NCBI GenBank assembly: GCA_043813075.1
Contig: JBDRLL010000036.1
Coordinates: 56,303-120,302, forward strand
Length of the DNA stretch: 64,000 nt
Source: Candidatus Altiarchaeota archaeon
GTDB taxonomy: Archaea > Altiarchaeota > Altiarchaeia > IMC4 > SCGC-AAA252-I15
Direction of reading: 5' to 3'
Shown: piece by piece, positions 9,659 through 18,547 of the stretch
How positions within the stretch are numbered: the first letter of the stretch is position 1
Layout of the letters: every line of letters begins with the position of its first letter
The notes under the pieces: generated by a model
What the model was told of the DNA's origin: nothing
What the model saw: the letters and a program-made list of their open reading frames with translations, nothing else
The model's database searches: none
Program-made: the position numbers and the translations under genes

Positions 9659-11119
9659 GTGAGCACATTGCATGAGGAAGTCAACGCCCAACAGGCCCAG
9701 GCAAGACTGAAGGAGGTGGTTGGCTCGCTACCCCCAGGATATGAAGGGAGGATCAGGGCGCACTCCGCGAGGGCCAGGCAGATATTCAGGAACCCAGATC
9801 ACGTGATGCTACAGGTGTCCGGATACTACAGCATGCTCGCTAAGGAAGATGCGAACGACTACTGGATAAATACGGGGGAAACAGCGATAAACACCCTTTT
9901 TGACATCGCCTCGATGCGGGGGGTCTCAGACCCTGACGGCGCATGGAGGGCGCTAACCGAGACATACCCGCCAGTACAAGCGCATGGGAGAGTAGATTCC
10001 CCATTCGACTCCAACGCCAAACACTTCATGCCGATACTGGAGGCCGCGCCCGACAAGGAGGATATGATACGGAGGATTGTGGCTTTCGGAAGGCTCAGGC
10101 TGCCGTGTTCGAGAACACTCTTAACGAACTTCGACGCTATAGGACTCGCCTACGCGAGAGACATGAGCACCGAGGACAAGCTCGAGACTATGATGGACGC
10201 GACAGGCCAGAGGGTCCTAGACAGGGTTGGGGAGCTTAGGATGCATCGGGGCATGGGGGTGGACTTTCTGAGGGCTGCTGCAGACCGCCCTGAAGCAGTC
10301 GAACTTTACTTCAAGGTAAGGGATTCAGGATACAATCCCGTCAGGGAGACGGACAGTCTGCTTGCCGCAAGGAAGAACGTGTCTCTGGTAGTCAGCCCGG
10401 AGACGGGGCTGATAGTGGTGGGGGACATGGCCAGGGGGCATGAGCAGATTGCAGATGATTTTGGCATAGACCCTGCAAGCTATGAATACAGGAAGTACTT
10501 GAAGGGCAGCATACCCAGGAGGAGTAGGAGAGGTCCGTCTGAGCCGACAGTCAGGTTCGGCTTTGGATTCTACGAGCTTCCCGAGGACGTGCACAGGAAG
10601 AGGTATGCGGCGACAGACGCGGTGAGGGGGTGCCTGATACACATGGCGGAACAGGGATTTGACCCCAACTATGTCGTAAAGGTTTCTGACGCCGCCTTTT
10701 TTTCGAGATGCGGGTACCGCTTAGGGAATCTGATAGACGAAGACTCGTTTTTCGGGAACTTTAATGTTGACCCGACTGATTGGAGGGGTTCTGGGGACTG
10801 GACCTGCATGTCAGGCAACGGGATAGACATATGGCGTTACAACATGAGCGACGACAGGGTGCTGGGAAACACGGTGATAGTGAGTGGGAAAAACGTTTAC
10901 ACTGGAGACGTGCCAGTCAGCACACTGGGAGGCAGTGTCGAATTCAGCACATACTGTGCCGCACACACCAGGGAAGACGGCTCGATAAGCCTTTCAGGAC
11001 GCATACCGAAACACGAGAGCCACGCGCCAAGCCCATCAGGAGTAGCAGACGTGATGCGTAGATTCGACCCAAATCTGAAGATAGAAGTGTCGAAGGTCAC
11101 TGGGAAAAGAGTCAATTAA
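9659..11119 (+). CDS. Hypothetical protein, tandem paralogue 2
   Basis: GTG start directly follows the paralogue 1 stop; shares AQARLKEVV.SLP.GYE.RIRAHSARARQIFRNPD, PETGLI.VG.M..GHE.IA, DWTC..GNG.D.WRYNM, RRFDP.L.I.V.KVTGK. Confidence 0.85.
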   Translation: MSTLHEEVNAQQAQARLKEVVGSLPPGYEGRIRAHSARARQIFRNPDHVMLQVSGYYSMLAKEDANDYWINTGETAINTLFDIASMRGVSDPDGAWRALTETYPPVQAHGRVDSPFDSNAKHFMPILEAAPDKEDMIRRIVAFGRLRLPCSRTLLTNFDAIGLAYARDMSTEDKLETMMDATGQRVLDRVGELRMHRGMGVDFLRAAADRPEAVELYFKVRDSGYNPVRETDSLLAARKNVSLVVSPETGLIVVGDMARGHEQIADDFGIDPASYEYRKYLKGSIPRRSRRGPSEPTVRFGFGFYELPEDVHRKRYAATDAVRGCLIHMAEQGFDPNYVVKVSDAAFFSRCGYRLGNLIDEDSFFGNFNVDPTDWRGSGDWTCMSGNGIDIWRYNMSDDRVLGNTVIVSGKNVYTGDVPVSTLGGSVEFSTYCAAHTREDGSISLSGRIPKHESHAPSPSGVADVMRRFDPNLKIEVSKVTGKRVN

Positions 11120-13011
11120 ACAAGCCTTATGGAATCCAGGTTCCTTGGGGCACTCGCCTCAAAACCGAACATGTCGTAGAGTGTTGAAGCCAGGTTATTC
11201 GCCTTGCTAGCCTCGCCGTGCACGACCACAACCCGCTTAGGCTTCGGACTGACCTTCTTGCAGTACCCGAGCAGCTGCCTCCTGTCCGCGTGACCAGAGA
11301 AACCGTCGACAGTCTCGACACGAAGCTTAACCTTCAACGCCTTAGTCCTGCCATCATGATCCTCAATGGGGATCTCATGAAGCCCGTTCTGAAGACGCCT
11401 GCCCAGACTGCCCTCAGCCTGGTAACCGACGAAAGCCAGCGTGTTGTTCGGGTTCTCCGCGAAAGCCTTGAAGTACTCCACGCTCGGGCCGCCAGTCATC
11501 ATGCCGGAAGTCGCTAGTATGACGCAAGGATCCTCGCTGGCTATTATGTCGGGACGCCTCTTATGCTCCACCCGCTCAAACCCGTCAACCAGGAAGGGGT
11601 TATACCCGTTGAATACCCTGTGCTTGATGTGCTTCTTCAAGTACTCCGGATAGGAGGTATGGATTGCAGTAGCCTCCCATATCATGCCGTCCAGGTAAAC
11701 CGGCACCTCAAGCTCGTTGAAACGATAAGCAGCCTCCAGAACCATCATGACCTCCTGGCTCCTGCCGACACTGAACACTGGGATAAGAGTCTTACCCCCC
11801 TTAGCGACAGTCTCCTGAAGTATCGAAAGCAGCGCCTGCTCAGCGTCACGCCTCTTCGGCTGAGCATCATAACGACCGCCGTAAGTCGACTCGATTATCA
11901 TGGTCTCCACCCGAGGGAAATCGAAGTTAGCGGCCTCAAGCAGACGGGTGTCTCCGAACTTGAAGTCGCCGGTATACACCATGTTGTGCAACCCCTCGCC
12001 TATATGGAAGTGGCAGACGCTTGAGCCGAGAATATGACCTGCATTATACAGGGTCAAGTGTATGTCAGGCGTGATGTCAGCAACCTCCTCGTACTCGAGG
12101 GGTATGGTGTGCTTTATCATCTCCCTCACCTCCTTACTACCGAAGGGAAGTTCATTCTGACCCTTAACGCCTATCTCAACAGCGTCAAGCACGAGGAGCA
12201 TCATCAAGTCCCTCGTCGGCTCAGTACAGTATATCGGGCCGTCGTAGCCGTATTTGAACAGGTACGGTAGGAAACCGCAGTGATCCAGGTGAGCGTGCGA
12301 TATTACAACCGCATCCAACTCAGATATCGCCAGCTTCGCAGCCCGGAAGTCAGGGAAACGCTCGTTATTCTGGGCTGCCACATTGATTCCGCAGTCCACG
12401 AGCACGTTGCTCTCCGGCGTCTGGAGCAGTATGCTGGAACGACCCACCTGCTGGGCTCCGCCCAACGGGGTTATCCGTATCCAATCGCATTCGGCGTCAG
12501 GCTTCCTGTATATCTTCTTGCCAACACCCTTGAGTATCTTATGCCTCTCCTCACGGTTCTCGAAAAGCATCTTCCGGATGCTCCTCACAGTCTCGGACTC
12601 TATTGGAGGCTTCCTCAAAAGCTTAGGAGTCCAACGAGTCTTACGCGTTATCTCCTCTAGAGTGCTACCATGCTTCCCGATAACCAGGCCAAGCTTCTCA
12701 GCCTCAATCCGTACTTCGCCAAAGAACTCGTCAAACTCTATGTCGACTATGTTAGCCTCAGGAGGTATTATCCCCTCTATTATCTTCTTCGCCTCCACAG
12801 GATCCATCAGCGAGTCGGGGGTAGACCTCACGATAACCCTCTTCTTAAGGGAAGTAGCCAGGTTACGGACCTCACTGCTGTTGTCAACGAAGAACTGCAT
12901 GTCGCCGGTGTACAAGACGACCTTAGGCCCTTCAACATCAACCTTGACTATCTTGCCGGGTGGGGCTGTCTCCTCAACAATCTTCTGTATTTCCTTAAAC
13001 TCCATTCTCAA
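11116..13011 (-). CDS. Beta-CASP ribonuclease aCPSF1 (transcription termination factor FttA)
   Basis: Two N-terminal KH domains, SHAHLDH, AGHILGS, GFSGHAD, VHGE; typical linkage to psmB. Confidence 0.95.
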   Translation of the reverse strand: MRMEFKEIQKIVEETAPPGKIVKVDVEGPKVVLYTGDMQFFVDNSSEVRNLATSLKKRVIVRSTPDSLMDPVEAKKIIEGIIPPEANIVDIEFDEFFGEVRIEAEKLGLVIGKHGSTLEEITRKTRWTPKLLRKPPIESETVRSIRKMLFENREERHKILKGVGKKIYRKPDAECDWIRITPLGGAQQVGRSSILLQTPESNVLVDCGINVAAQNNERFPDFRAAKLAISELDAVVISHAHLDHCGFLPYLFKYGYDGPIYCTEPTRDLMMLLVLDAVEIGVKGQNELPFGSKEVREMIKHTIPLEYEEVADITPDIHLTLYNAGHILGSSVCHFHIGEGLHNMVYTGDFKFGDTRLLEAANFDFPRVETMIIESTYGGRYDAQPKRRDAEQALLSILQETVAKGGKTLIPVFSVGRSQEVMMVLEAAYRFNELEVPVYLDGMIWEATAIHTSYPEYLKKHIKHRVFNGYNPFLVDGFERVEHKRRPDIIASEDPCVILATSGMMTGGPSVEYFKAFAENPNNTLAFVGYQAEGSLGRRLQNGLHEIPIEDHDGRTKALKVKLRVETVDGFSGHADRRQLLGYCKKVSPKPKRVVVVHGEASKANNLASTLYDMFGFEASAPRNLDSIRLV

Positions 13012-13080
13012 CGCGTTAGTTTATTAAAAAGCAGCCATAGGATGAACTGCCTTGATCAACAAAAGTACATTAAATTATTT

Positions 13081-13722
13081 TTATGCGGCCTTCGAGGCTA
13101 GATCCTCGACTTCCTTGTCACTGTATCTCTTGAAACCGTCCTTAGTGATCGCAATCAAATCCATGCCGTCCCCTGAAGCCGAGTCACGGGCCATCGCACT
13201 CTTCAACGCCTTCAAAGCGACAGTCAGATTCTCGTCGACCGTCTTATCCTCGCTGAACTCCCGCTCCAAGACGCCGTACGCCATCGGACTCCCGCTTCCT
13301 GTTGCAGCCATCTTCTCCTCGATAAGGCCTCCAATCGGGTCGAGCGTGAACAACTTCACATCTTCCCCGTCATATCCGCCTATCAGCAGCTGCACCAGGT
13401 AGGGGAATATCTTATTGCCCTGAAGAATGTTGCTCAATAGCACTGATATGGCCTGGGAGCTCATCTTCTCGCCGTTGTTCATCTCATAGAGCTTTGACTC
13501 CGCCTGTATGAGCCTCATAAGGCTTTCAGCGTCACCTACACTCCCCGCGACAGTCGCTCCGACGGTATCGTTTATGTTGAACGACTTCTGCGCCCTCTTG
13601 CTGGCTATGAAGTGGCCCCAGCTAGCCCTCCTGTCTGTAGCGAAAACTATTCCGTCACTGCAGACTAGTCCTATTGTAGTAGTCCCCTTAAATTGCTTTG
13701 ATTCCAAAGAAACCGCCTCCAT
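13081..13722 (-). CDS. psmB: 20S proteasome beta subunit
   Basis: Propeptide followed by G/TTTIG catalytic Thr; ATGSGS; RDSASGDG. Confidence 0.96.
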   Translation of the reverse strand: MEAVSLESKQFKGTTTIGLVCSDGIVFATDRRASWGHFIASKRAQKSFNINDTVGATVAGSVGDAESLMRLIQAESKLYEMNNGEKMSSQAISVLLSNILQGNKIFPYLVQLLIGGYDGEDVKLFTLDPIGGLIEEKMAATGSGSPMAYGVLEREFSEDKTVDENLTVALKALKSAMARDSASGDGMDLIAITKDGFKRYSDKEVEDLASKAA

Positions 13723-13786
13723 CTCAAATAGAAGAAAGGCAAAAATAATACCTCTACAATATATACTGCACCATCCTTTAAAAACA

Positions 13787-14848
13787 TTAGGATTTCGCTG
13801 GACGGGCTTCTATCATCAAATCCCTGCCCATTCTCCTGAAATCAGTGAAATCAAGGCGGAATGCCTTGCTGAGTGAGGGTGCGCCTTCGCCGCCGAACGC
13901 GGGCGTCTCCCTGCCGCAGAGTATTGTCGGTGCCATGAAGAGGAGCATCCTGTCCACCAGCCCGGACTTCAAGGCTGACGCGTTCACTTCACCGCCGCCC
14001 TCTATCAGTACGGAGGTGACACCCTCCTTACCCAGCCTCCTCATGAGCTTCCTGAAGTCCACGTGGTCGTCGCCCATCACCCAGACCCTCGCCTTCCCTT
14101 CCAACAGTTTTTCCTTCTTCTTCCCGTGCCTCTTGCTCGTCGCGATTATGACGTTATCGTCCTTCAATACTTTCGCGTCCAGGGGAATCCTAAGGCGGCT
14201 GTCCATTATTACCCGGATTGGGTCGCGCCAGCCCCTGAGCCTGCACGTGAGACTTGGGTCGTCCATGAGTACCGTGTTAATACCGACCAGTATCGCATCA
14301 CTCCCGCCGCGAAGCTCCTGAACCATCCTCCTGGACTCTGGTGAGGTAATCCACTTTGACTCTCCGGAAGACGTAGCTATCTTGCCGTCCAGAGTCATCC
14401 CAGACTTCAAAGTGACGAAAGGCATCCCTGTCTTGACGTGTTTCACGAACACTTCATTAAGCCTCTCAACCTCCCCGGACAATACACCGGAGACAACTTC
14501 AACGCCCGCACGCCTTAGCACGCGCCCGCCTGACACAAGCGGGTTCGGGTCGCGCATACCATACACCACCTTGCTTATCCCAGCATCGAGTATGGCGTCA
14601 GTACATGGAGGAGTCCTCCCGTGATGGGAGCACGGCTCCAGAGTGACATACAATGTAGCACCCCGCGGGTTAGCGCACTTCCTCAACGCCTCTACCTCTG
14701 CGTGAGGCATGCCAGCCCGCCTATGATAGCCTTCACCGATGATCCTCCCGTTCTTAACGATTACCGCACCAACATAGGGATTGGGGGAGGGATTGCCTTT
14801 CCTTGACAACTCAAGAGCCCTGCGCATGAAGTCGGAGTCTTTCATCAT
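13787..14848 (-). CDS. ribD: Bifunctional pyrimidine deaminase/reductase RibD
   Basis: PNPYVGAV, HAE, LEPCSHHGRTPPC deaminase motifs; TLDGKIA, DDPSLT, IEGGG reductase motifs. Confidence 0.95.
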   Translation of the reverse strand: MMKDSDFMRRALELSRKGNPSPNPYVGAVIVKNGRIIGEGYHRRAGMPHAEVEALRKCANPRGATLYVTLEPCSHHGRTPPCTDAILDAGISKVVYGMRDPNPLVSGGRVLRRAGVEVVSGVLSGEVERLNEVFVKHVKTGMPFVTLKSGMTLDGKIATSSGESKWITSPESRRMVQELRGGSDAILVGINTVLMDDPSLTCRLRGWRDPIRVIMDSRLRIPLDAKVLKDDNVIIATSKRHGKKKEKLLEGKARVWVMGDDHVDFRKLMRRLGKEGVTSVLIEGGGEVNASALKSGLVDRMLLFMAPTILCGRETPAFGGEGAPSLSKAFRLDFTDFRRMGRDLMIEARPAKS

Positions 14849-15424
14849 TCAAAGCAGGTGGTGCATCTTATCCCGCTTGGTCTTAAGGTAGCGCAGGTTA
14901 TATTCCGTAGGCTCGGTAGTCAACGGTATCCGCTCTACGACGTTGATGCCGGACTCGGCGAGGCCCTTAATCTTCTCCTCATTGTTTGTCAGCAGGGCGA
15001 CAGACCCGACTCCAAGCTGCTTGAGTATGTCTGCGGCGACAGTATAGTCCCGCATGTCGGTCGGGAAGCCGAGCTCGTTGTTGGCTTCCACTGTATCACG
15101 GCCGTTCTCCTGCAGATTATACGCGTTTATCTTGTTCAGCAGGCCTATGCCACGACCCTCCTGCGCAAGGTAGATAAGCACTCCCACGCCACGCTCTTCT
15201 ATGTACTGGAGGGCCTTCACAAGCTGGGCGGAGCAGTCGCACTTGAGGGAGTGGAATATGTCGCCGGTAATGCACTGTGAGTGTATCCTGACCGGGACAT
15301 TCTCAGAGCCCAGGTCGCCCTTGTATACCGCCAGATGCTCCCTGCCATCAGTGTCGCGGAAGGCGCGAGCCTTGAATGAACCATACTCGGAGGGGATTCC
15401 AGCCTCCTCTGATGATTCCATCAA
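14849..15424 (-). CDS. ribA: GTP cyclohydrolase II
   Basis: RIHSQCITGD...CDC, QEGRGIGL, YLKTKRDKMHH. Confidence 0.95.
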   Translation of the reverse strand: MMESSEEAGIPSEYGSFKARAFRDTDGREHLAVYKGDLGSENVPVRIHSQCITGDIFHSLKCDCSAQLVKALQYIEERGVGVLIYLAQEGRGIGLLNKINAYNLQENGRDTVEANNELGFPTDMRDYTVAADILKQLGVGSVALLTNNEEKIKGLAESGINVVERIPLTTEPTEYNLRYLKTKRDKMHHLL

Positions 15425-15870
15425 CCGATCACCTTAGGGGCGTTCTTCCTGTCCAGCATCTTACCCCGCTTAACCAGCTTCACTGCAGACTCGACGCTCC
15501 GCCTAGCGTAATCATCGATCCTCGCCTGGCCTTGCGCGCGGGTCATCCCAGGCCCGGATATCCCCAGCGACACTGGCTTGCCAGTCTCGAGAGACAGGTC
15601 CATCATCTTCCTCGCCGCGTGCTGTGCGACCACTTGATCGTGATCGGTGTCGCCTTCTATAACAGCGCCGAGCGTGACAACCGCGTCAACGTCGTCCCTG
15701 GCCAGCAGTTTCTTTATGGCCAGTGGAGCGTCAAACGCCCCAGGCACCCGGACTATGTGGGTGACGTCGCACTCCAGGAATTCTGCGTGGGCCTTAGCCC
15801 TCTCCATCATGAGGTGTGTTATGTCAGCGTTGAATTCTCCGACCACAAACCCCAGTTTCACGTTATCCAT
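15421..15870 (-). CDS. ribH: 6,7-dimethyl-8-ribityllumazine synthase
   Basis: EFNADIT, VPGAFDAP, LGAVIEGDTDHD, LGISGPG. Confidence 0.95.
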   Translation of the reverse strand: MDNVKLGFVVGEFNADITHLMMERAKAHAEFLECDVTHIVRVPGAFDAPLAIKKLLARDDVDAVVTLGAVIEGDTDHDQVVAQHAARKMMDLSLETGKPVSLGISGPGMTRAQGQARIDDYARRSVESAVKLVKRGKMLDRKNAPKVIG

Positions 15871-15893
15871 CTCTTTTTTTCACCTCTTGTTTA

Positions 15894-16349
15894 TTAGATC
15901 GACCCTGCGTCCGGACCTCCCTGACGCAATCCCATCCCGGCGTTTTCCAGCAGCCAGTCAGGCTTCTTCAGCAGGTAGACCGCGTTCCTAGCGTGCTTCC
16001 TGCAGCGGTCCTCGACGATGGCCTTCAACTCCCTAGGCTTAGCTGCCTCGTCCTCGTGGACGAAGACCTCGATTATGTGCTTTTCAGCCATTAGCTGCGC
16101 CTGTATGAGTCCCTGCGACGCCTCGTGGGCGCACATCCTGTCCTTCTCTTTCCCGCCAGGCATCCCGCATGCGACGCATATGTCACATTCTTTCAGTAGC
16201 ATCTTGCATGCTGCAGGCAGGTCCTTTATGCCCGGAACAGTCCTACGTACCACTAGGGTATCGGGGAAGTTGTCGCGTATCTCGCCCGCCACGAGCTTCC
16301 CCATGTTCACCCTGGAGAAGGTGGTGTCCACGACACCTATCCTAGTCAT
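15894..16349 (-). CDS. ribC: Archaeal-type (lumazine-synthase-like) riboflavin synthase
   Basis: DTTFSRVNMG, TVPGIKDLP, IIEVFVHEDE, GLRQG. Confidence 0.92.
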   Translation of the reverse strand: MTRIGVVDTTFSRVNMGKLVAGEIRDNFPDTLVVRRTVPGIKDLPAACKMLLKECDICVACGMPGGKEKDRMCAHEASQGLIQAQLMAEKHIIEVFVHEDEAAKPRELKAIVEDRCRKHARNAVYLLKKPDWLLENAGMGLRQGGPDAGSI

Positions 16350-17037
16350 CGCACGCGTCCTCCCACGCCCTCTTTATCTCACTCCCGCCGACGAAGACGA
16401 GGTTGTTTTCCCTGGCGTATTTCACAGCATCCTTTTTTGAAAGCGACTTGTCTTCGTCAAGCATCTCGCAGATGACTGTTGCGGGAGTCAGCCCCGCAAG
16501 CCTTGCCAGAGCCACCGAAGACTCTGTCTGACCCTCCCGCTCCATCATCAGCCCCGGGGCCGCGATAAGCAGTGGCACGTGGCCAGGGCTCCTGAAGCAT
16601 TCCACAAATTTTCTGCGGTCAGGATTCTTGGATAATTCAGAGAACTCCCGTATAGTCTTGGCCCGGTCTACGTCAGGTATCCCAGTGAAAGTGCTCTTCG
16701 CGTTTATGGTTATGGAGAATGATGAGCGCTCGTCGTAGGGCAGGTTGATTGCCCTCAGATCGTGGAGCAGCGGGTATTTCCCTGATGCCGCGTCGTATAT
16801 GTCCACCATGAAAGGCAGTCCCAGCGACTCCGCTATGCCATTGTCTATTGCCATGCATATCAGGCCGCCCGCTCTGCACCGCATCTCGCGGATGTGCTCA
16901 GGCTTCACGAATTCCGCGGCCACCGCCAGGTCGGTCTCGTTCTCCCGGTCCTCGGAGTCGTGTATCAGTATCATATCGCCGCGCCTCAGAGATTCGAGGG
17001 CTTTTTCTATGCTGTCCATTTCGGAATATATTGACAT
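16342..17037 (-). CDS. ribB: 3,4-dihydroxy-2-butanone-4-phosphate synthase (archaeal type)
   Basis: DRENETD, GGLICMA, PYDERSSF, FRSPGHV, CEM. Confidence 0.93.
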   Translation of the reverse strand: MSIYSEMDSIEKALESLRRGDMILIHDSEDRENETDLAVAAEFVKPEHIREMRCRAGGLICMAIDNGIAESLGLPFMVDIYDAASGKYPLLHDLRAINLPYDERSSFSITINAKSTFTGIPDVDRAKTIREFSELSKNPDRRKFVECFRSPGHVPLLIAAPGLMMEREGQTESSVALARLAGLTPATVICEMLDEDKSLSKKDAVKYARENNLVFVGGSEIKRAWEDACDD

Positions 17038-17121
17038 TACTAATTAAAAAAGAGTAGATACTCGAAAATGAGTTAATGTTTTCTTTGGGGGATTAATAAC
17101 CAACCAATCCACATAGAATCT

Positions 17122-17182
17122 GTCCAGGTGATGATAGCGCTCCACCCTGAATACGTGATGACAAGGGTAGCTACTGATGGAC
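17122..17182 (+). ncRNA. Archaeal C/D box methylation-guide sRNA
   Basis: Terminal stem GTCCA (17122-26)/TGGAC (17178-82); box C GTGATGA 17128-34; 12-nt guide; D' CTGA 17147-50; C' GTGATGA 17155-61; 12-nt guide; D CTGA 17174-77; intergenic; AT-rich TATA-like ATTAATAA about 25 nt upstream. Confidence 0.92.
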
Positions 17183-17293
17183 CACAACCGCCACTGTCAG
17201 TTGACACCAGGGATCGGCATTCGCTGGGCTCAGCCGCTCTGTGGCGTGATGATGAATCCACTCTTTCCGCCAACACTTTGCGCGAGCCAAAGC

Positions 17294-18520
17294 CTAATAG
17301 TCGCACAGCTTCCTCTGGCCGCCATCCCAGAACACGTCCTTCTCGCCGGTGAGCGTCGGCCTCCCATAATTCCCGCCGCCGCCCGCGACATACTTCATCC
17401 TTCCGGAACGGAACAATCCGATAATCTCGGCAACCTTCGGGTTGACCTTTCTCACGTCAGCGAGGTCGGCGTCAACCAGGACGTTAATCTCGGAGCCGAG
17501 CGCCCCGACAATACGGTCCCACTCGGCCTTGACCTTCTTGGCCTGCAGGTTCTTAACGCCAACAGCAAGGGAGACCACCTCAGCCAGGGGGACTACGTGC
17601 ATGTAGGGCGGCCTGTGGCCGGGATGCCTGGGCTTATCCCATGCTGCGAGCTCCCCTATCCTCGATTCCACGCCCTTCTTTATTATGCCCCCGCATTCCG
17701 GGCAACGGCGCTTCAATTCAACCACATCCTTGTCGCGGAACTTCAAGTAGCACCTGCTGCAGGCCGTGACATGATACTTGCCCTCCCTAGGATCCAATCC
17801 GGCATTCAACGCAAAAGACCTGCCGCCCTCACGGATTATCGCCTTCCGGATCTCAGTAAAAGAAAGCCCCCTCAAGCCAAGCCTGTTGAACTCCCTACCA
17901 AGACGGTGAGGCCACGGACTATGGCAGTCGCTGTTGGCCATGAACGTGAGGCCCTGCAGCTCTTCTATGCGGTCCGCCATCTGCGAGTCCGCGCTCAACC
18001 CCAGCTCCATGAAGTGAATGTGCTTCATATTCCCGCCATAGCATTCGGGGAGGGAGTCATACTCCTTGTAGACCGCAGTCCACGGCGTGAACGCGTGGGA
18101 GGGTCCGACAAGACCACCGACCTCTCGCGCGTAGTCGACAATCTCCTCGCCAGTCAGCCTCACGTTAGGACGACCATCAGAAGAGATGTTGGGGGAGTGG
18201 CTGGCGAGAGACTCTGCCAGCGACTCTGCCGCAGAGATGGAGGGCAGTATTATGACGTGGTGAACCCGCCTCACATCCTCAACCTCGGTCTGCACGATAA
18301 ACCGCGTGTTAAAACCCTTAGCACAGTACAGGCCATCCTCCTCTGAGAGAATCTCCTTCATATGGCCGAGCCACTTGGGGTGCAGTGCGTCGCCGGTGGC
18401 GACTACGTCAAGCCCCTTGAGGACCGCCTGCCCCGCTATCACCGGAAGGGTCATCTCGTCAGAGACCCCGCCACTGTAGCGGGAGTGTATGTGGAAGTCG
18501 ACGTTAAACAGGTCCATCAT
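17294..18520 (-). CDS. Endonuclease Q / TIGR00375-family PHP-domain protein
   Basis: DFHIHSRYS, HAFTPW, ELGLSAD, NSDCHS, GKYH..AC.RC, CPECGG.IKKGV. Confidence 0.9.
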   Translation of the reverse strand: MMDLFNVDFHIHSRYSGGVSDEMTLPVIAGQAVLKGLDVVATGDALHPKWLGHMKEILSEEDGLYCAKGFNTRFIVQTEVEDVRRVHHVIILPSISAAESLAESLASHSPNISSDGRPNVRLTGEEIVDYAREVGGLVGPSHAFTPWTAVYKEYDSLPECYGGNMKHIHFMELGLSADSQMADRIEELQGLTFMANSDCHSPWPHRLGREFNRLGLRGLSFTEIRKAIIREGGRSFALNAGLDPREGKYHVTACSRCYLKFRDKDVVELKRRCPECGGIIKKGVESRIGELAAWDKPRHPGHRPPYMHVVPLAEVVSLAVGVKNLQAKKVKAEWDRIVGALGSEINVLVDADLADVRKVNPKVAEIIGLFRSGRMKYVAGGGGNYGRPTLTGEKDVFWDGGQRKLCDY

Positions 18521-18547
18521 AAAACCTAAGACATAAGCTGATATTAA

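Noticed and set aside
17038-17293. FMN riboswitch upstream of the rib operon
   Set aside because: No RFN consensus (AGGGCGGGGUG...AAAUUCCC.ACCG) on the - strand; the space is occupied by a C/D sRNA on the + strand
17246-17297. Second complete C/D sRNA starting at GTGATGA 17246
   Set aside because: No CTGA D or D' box at suitable spacing and no terminal stem
17177-18346. 389-aa + strand ORF
   Set aside because: Antisense shadow of the EndoQ gene with no motifs; the same applies to the many other overlapping antisense ORFs in the track
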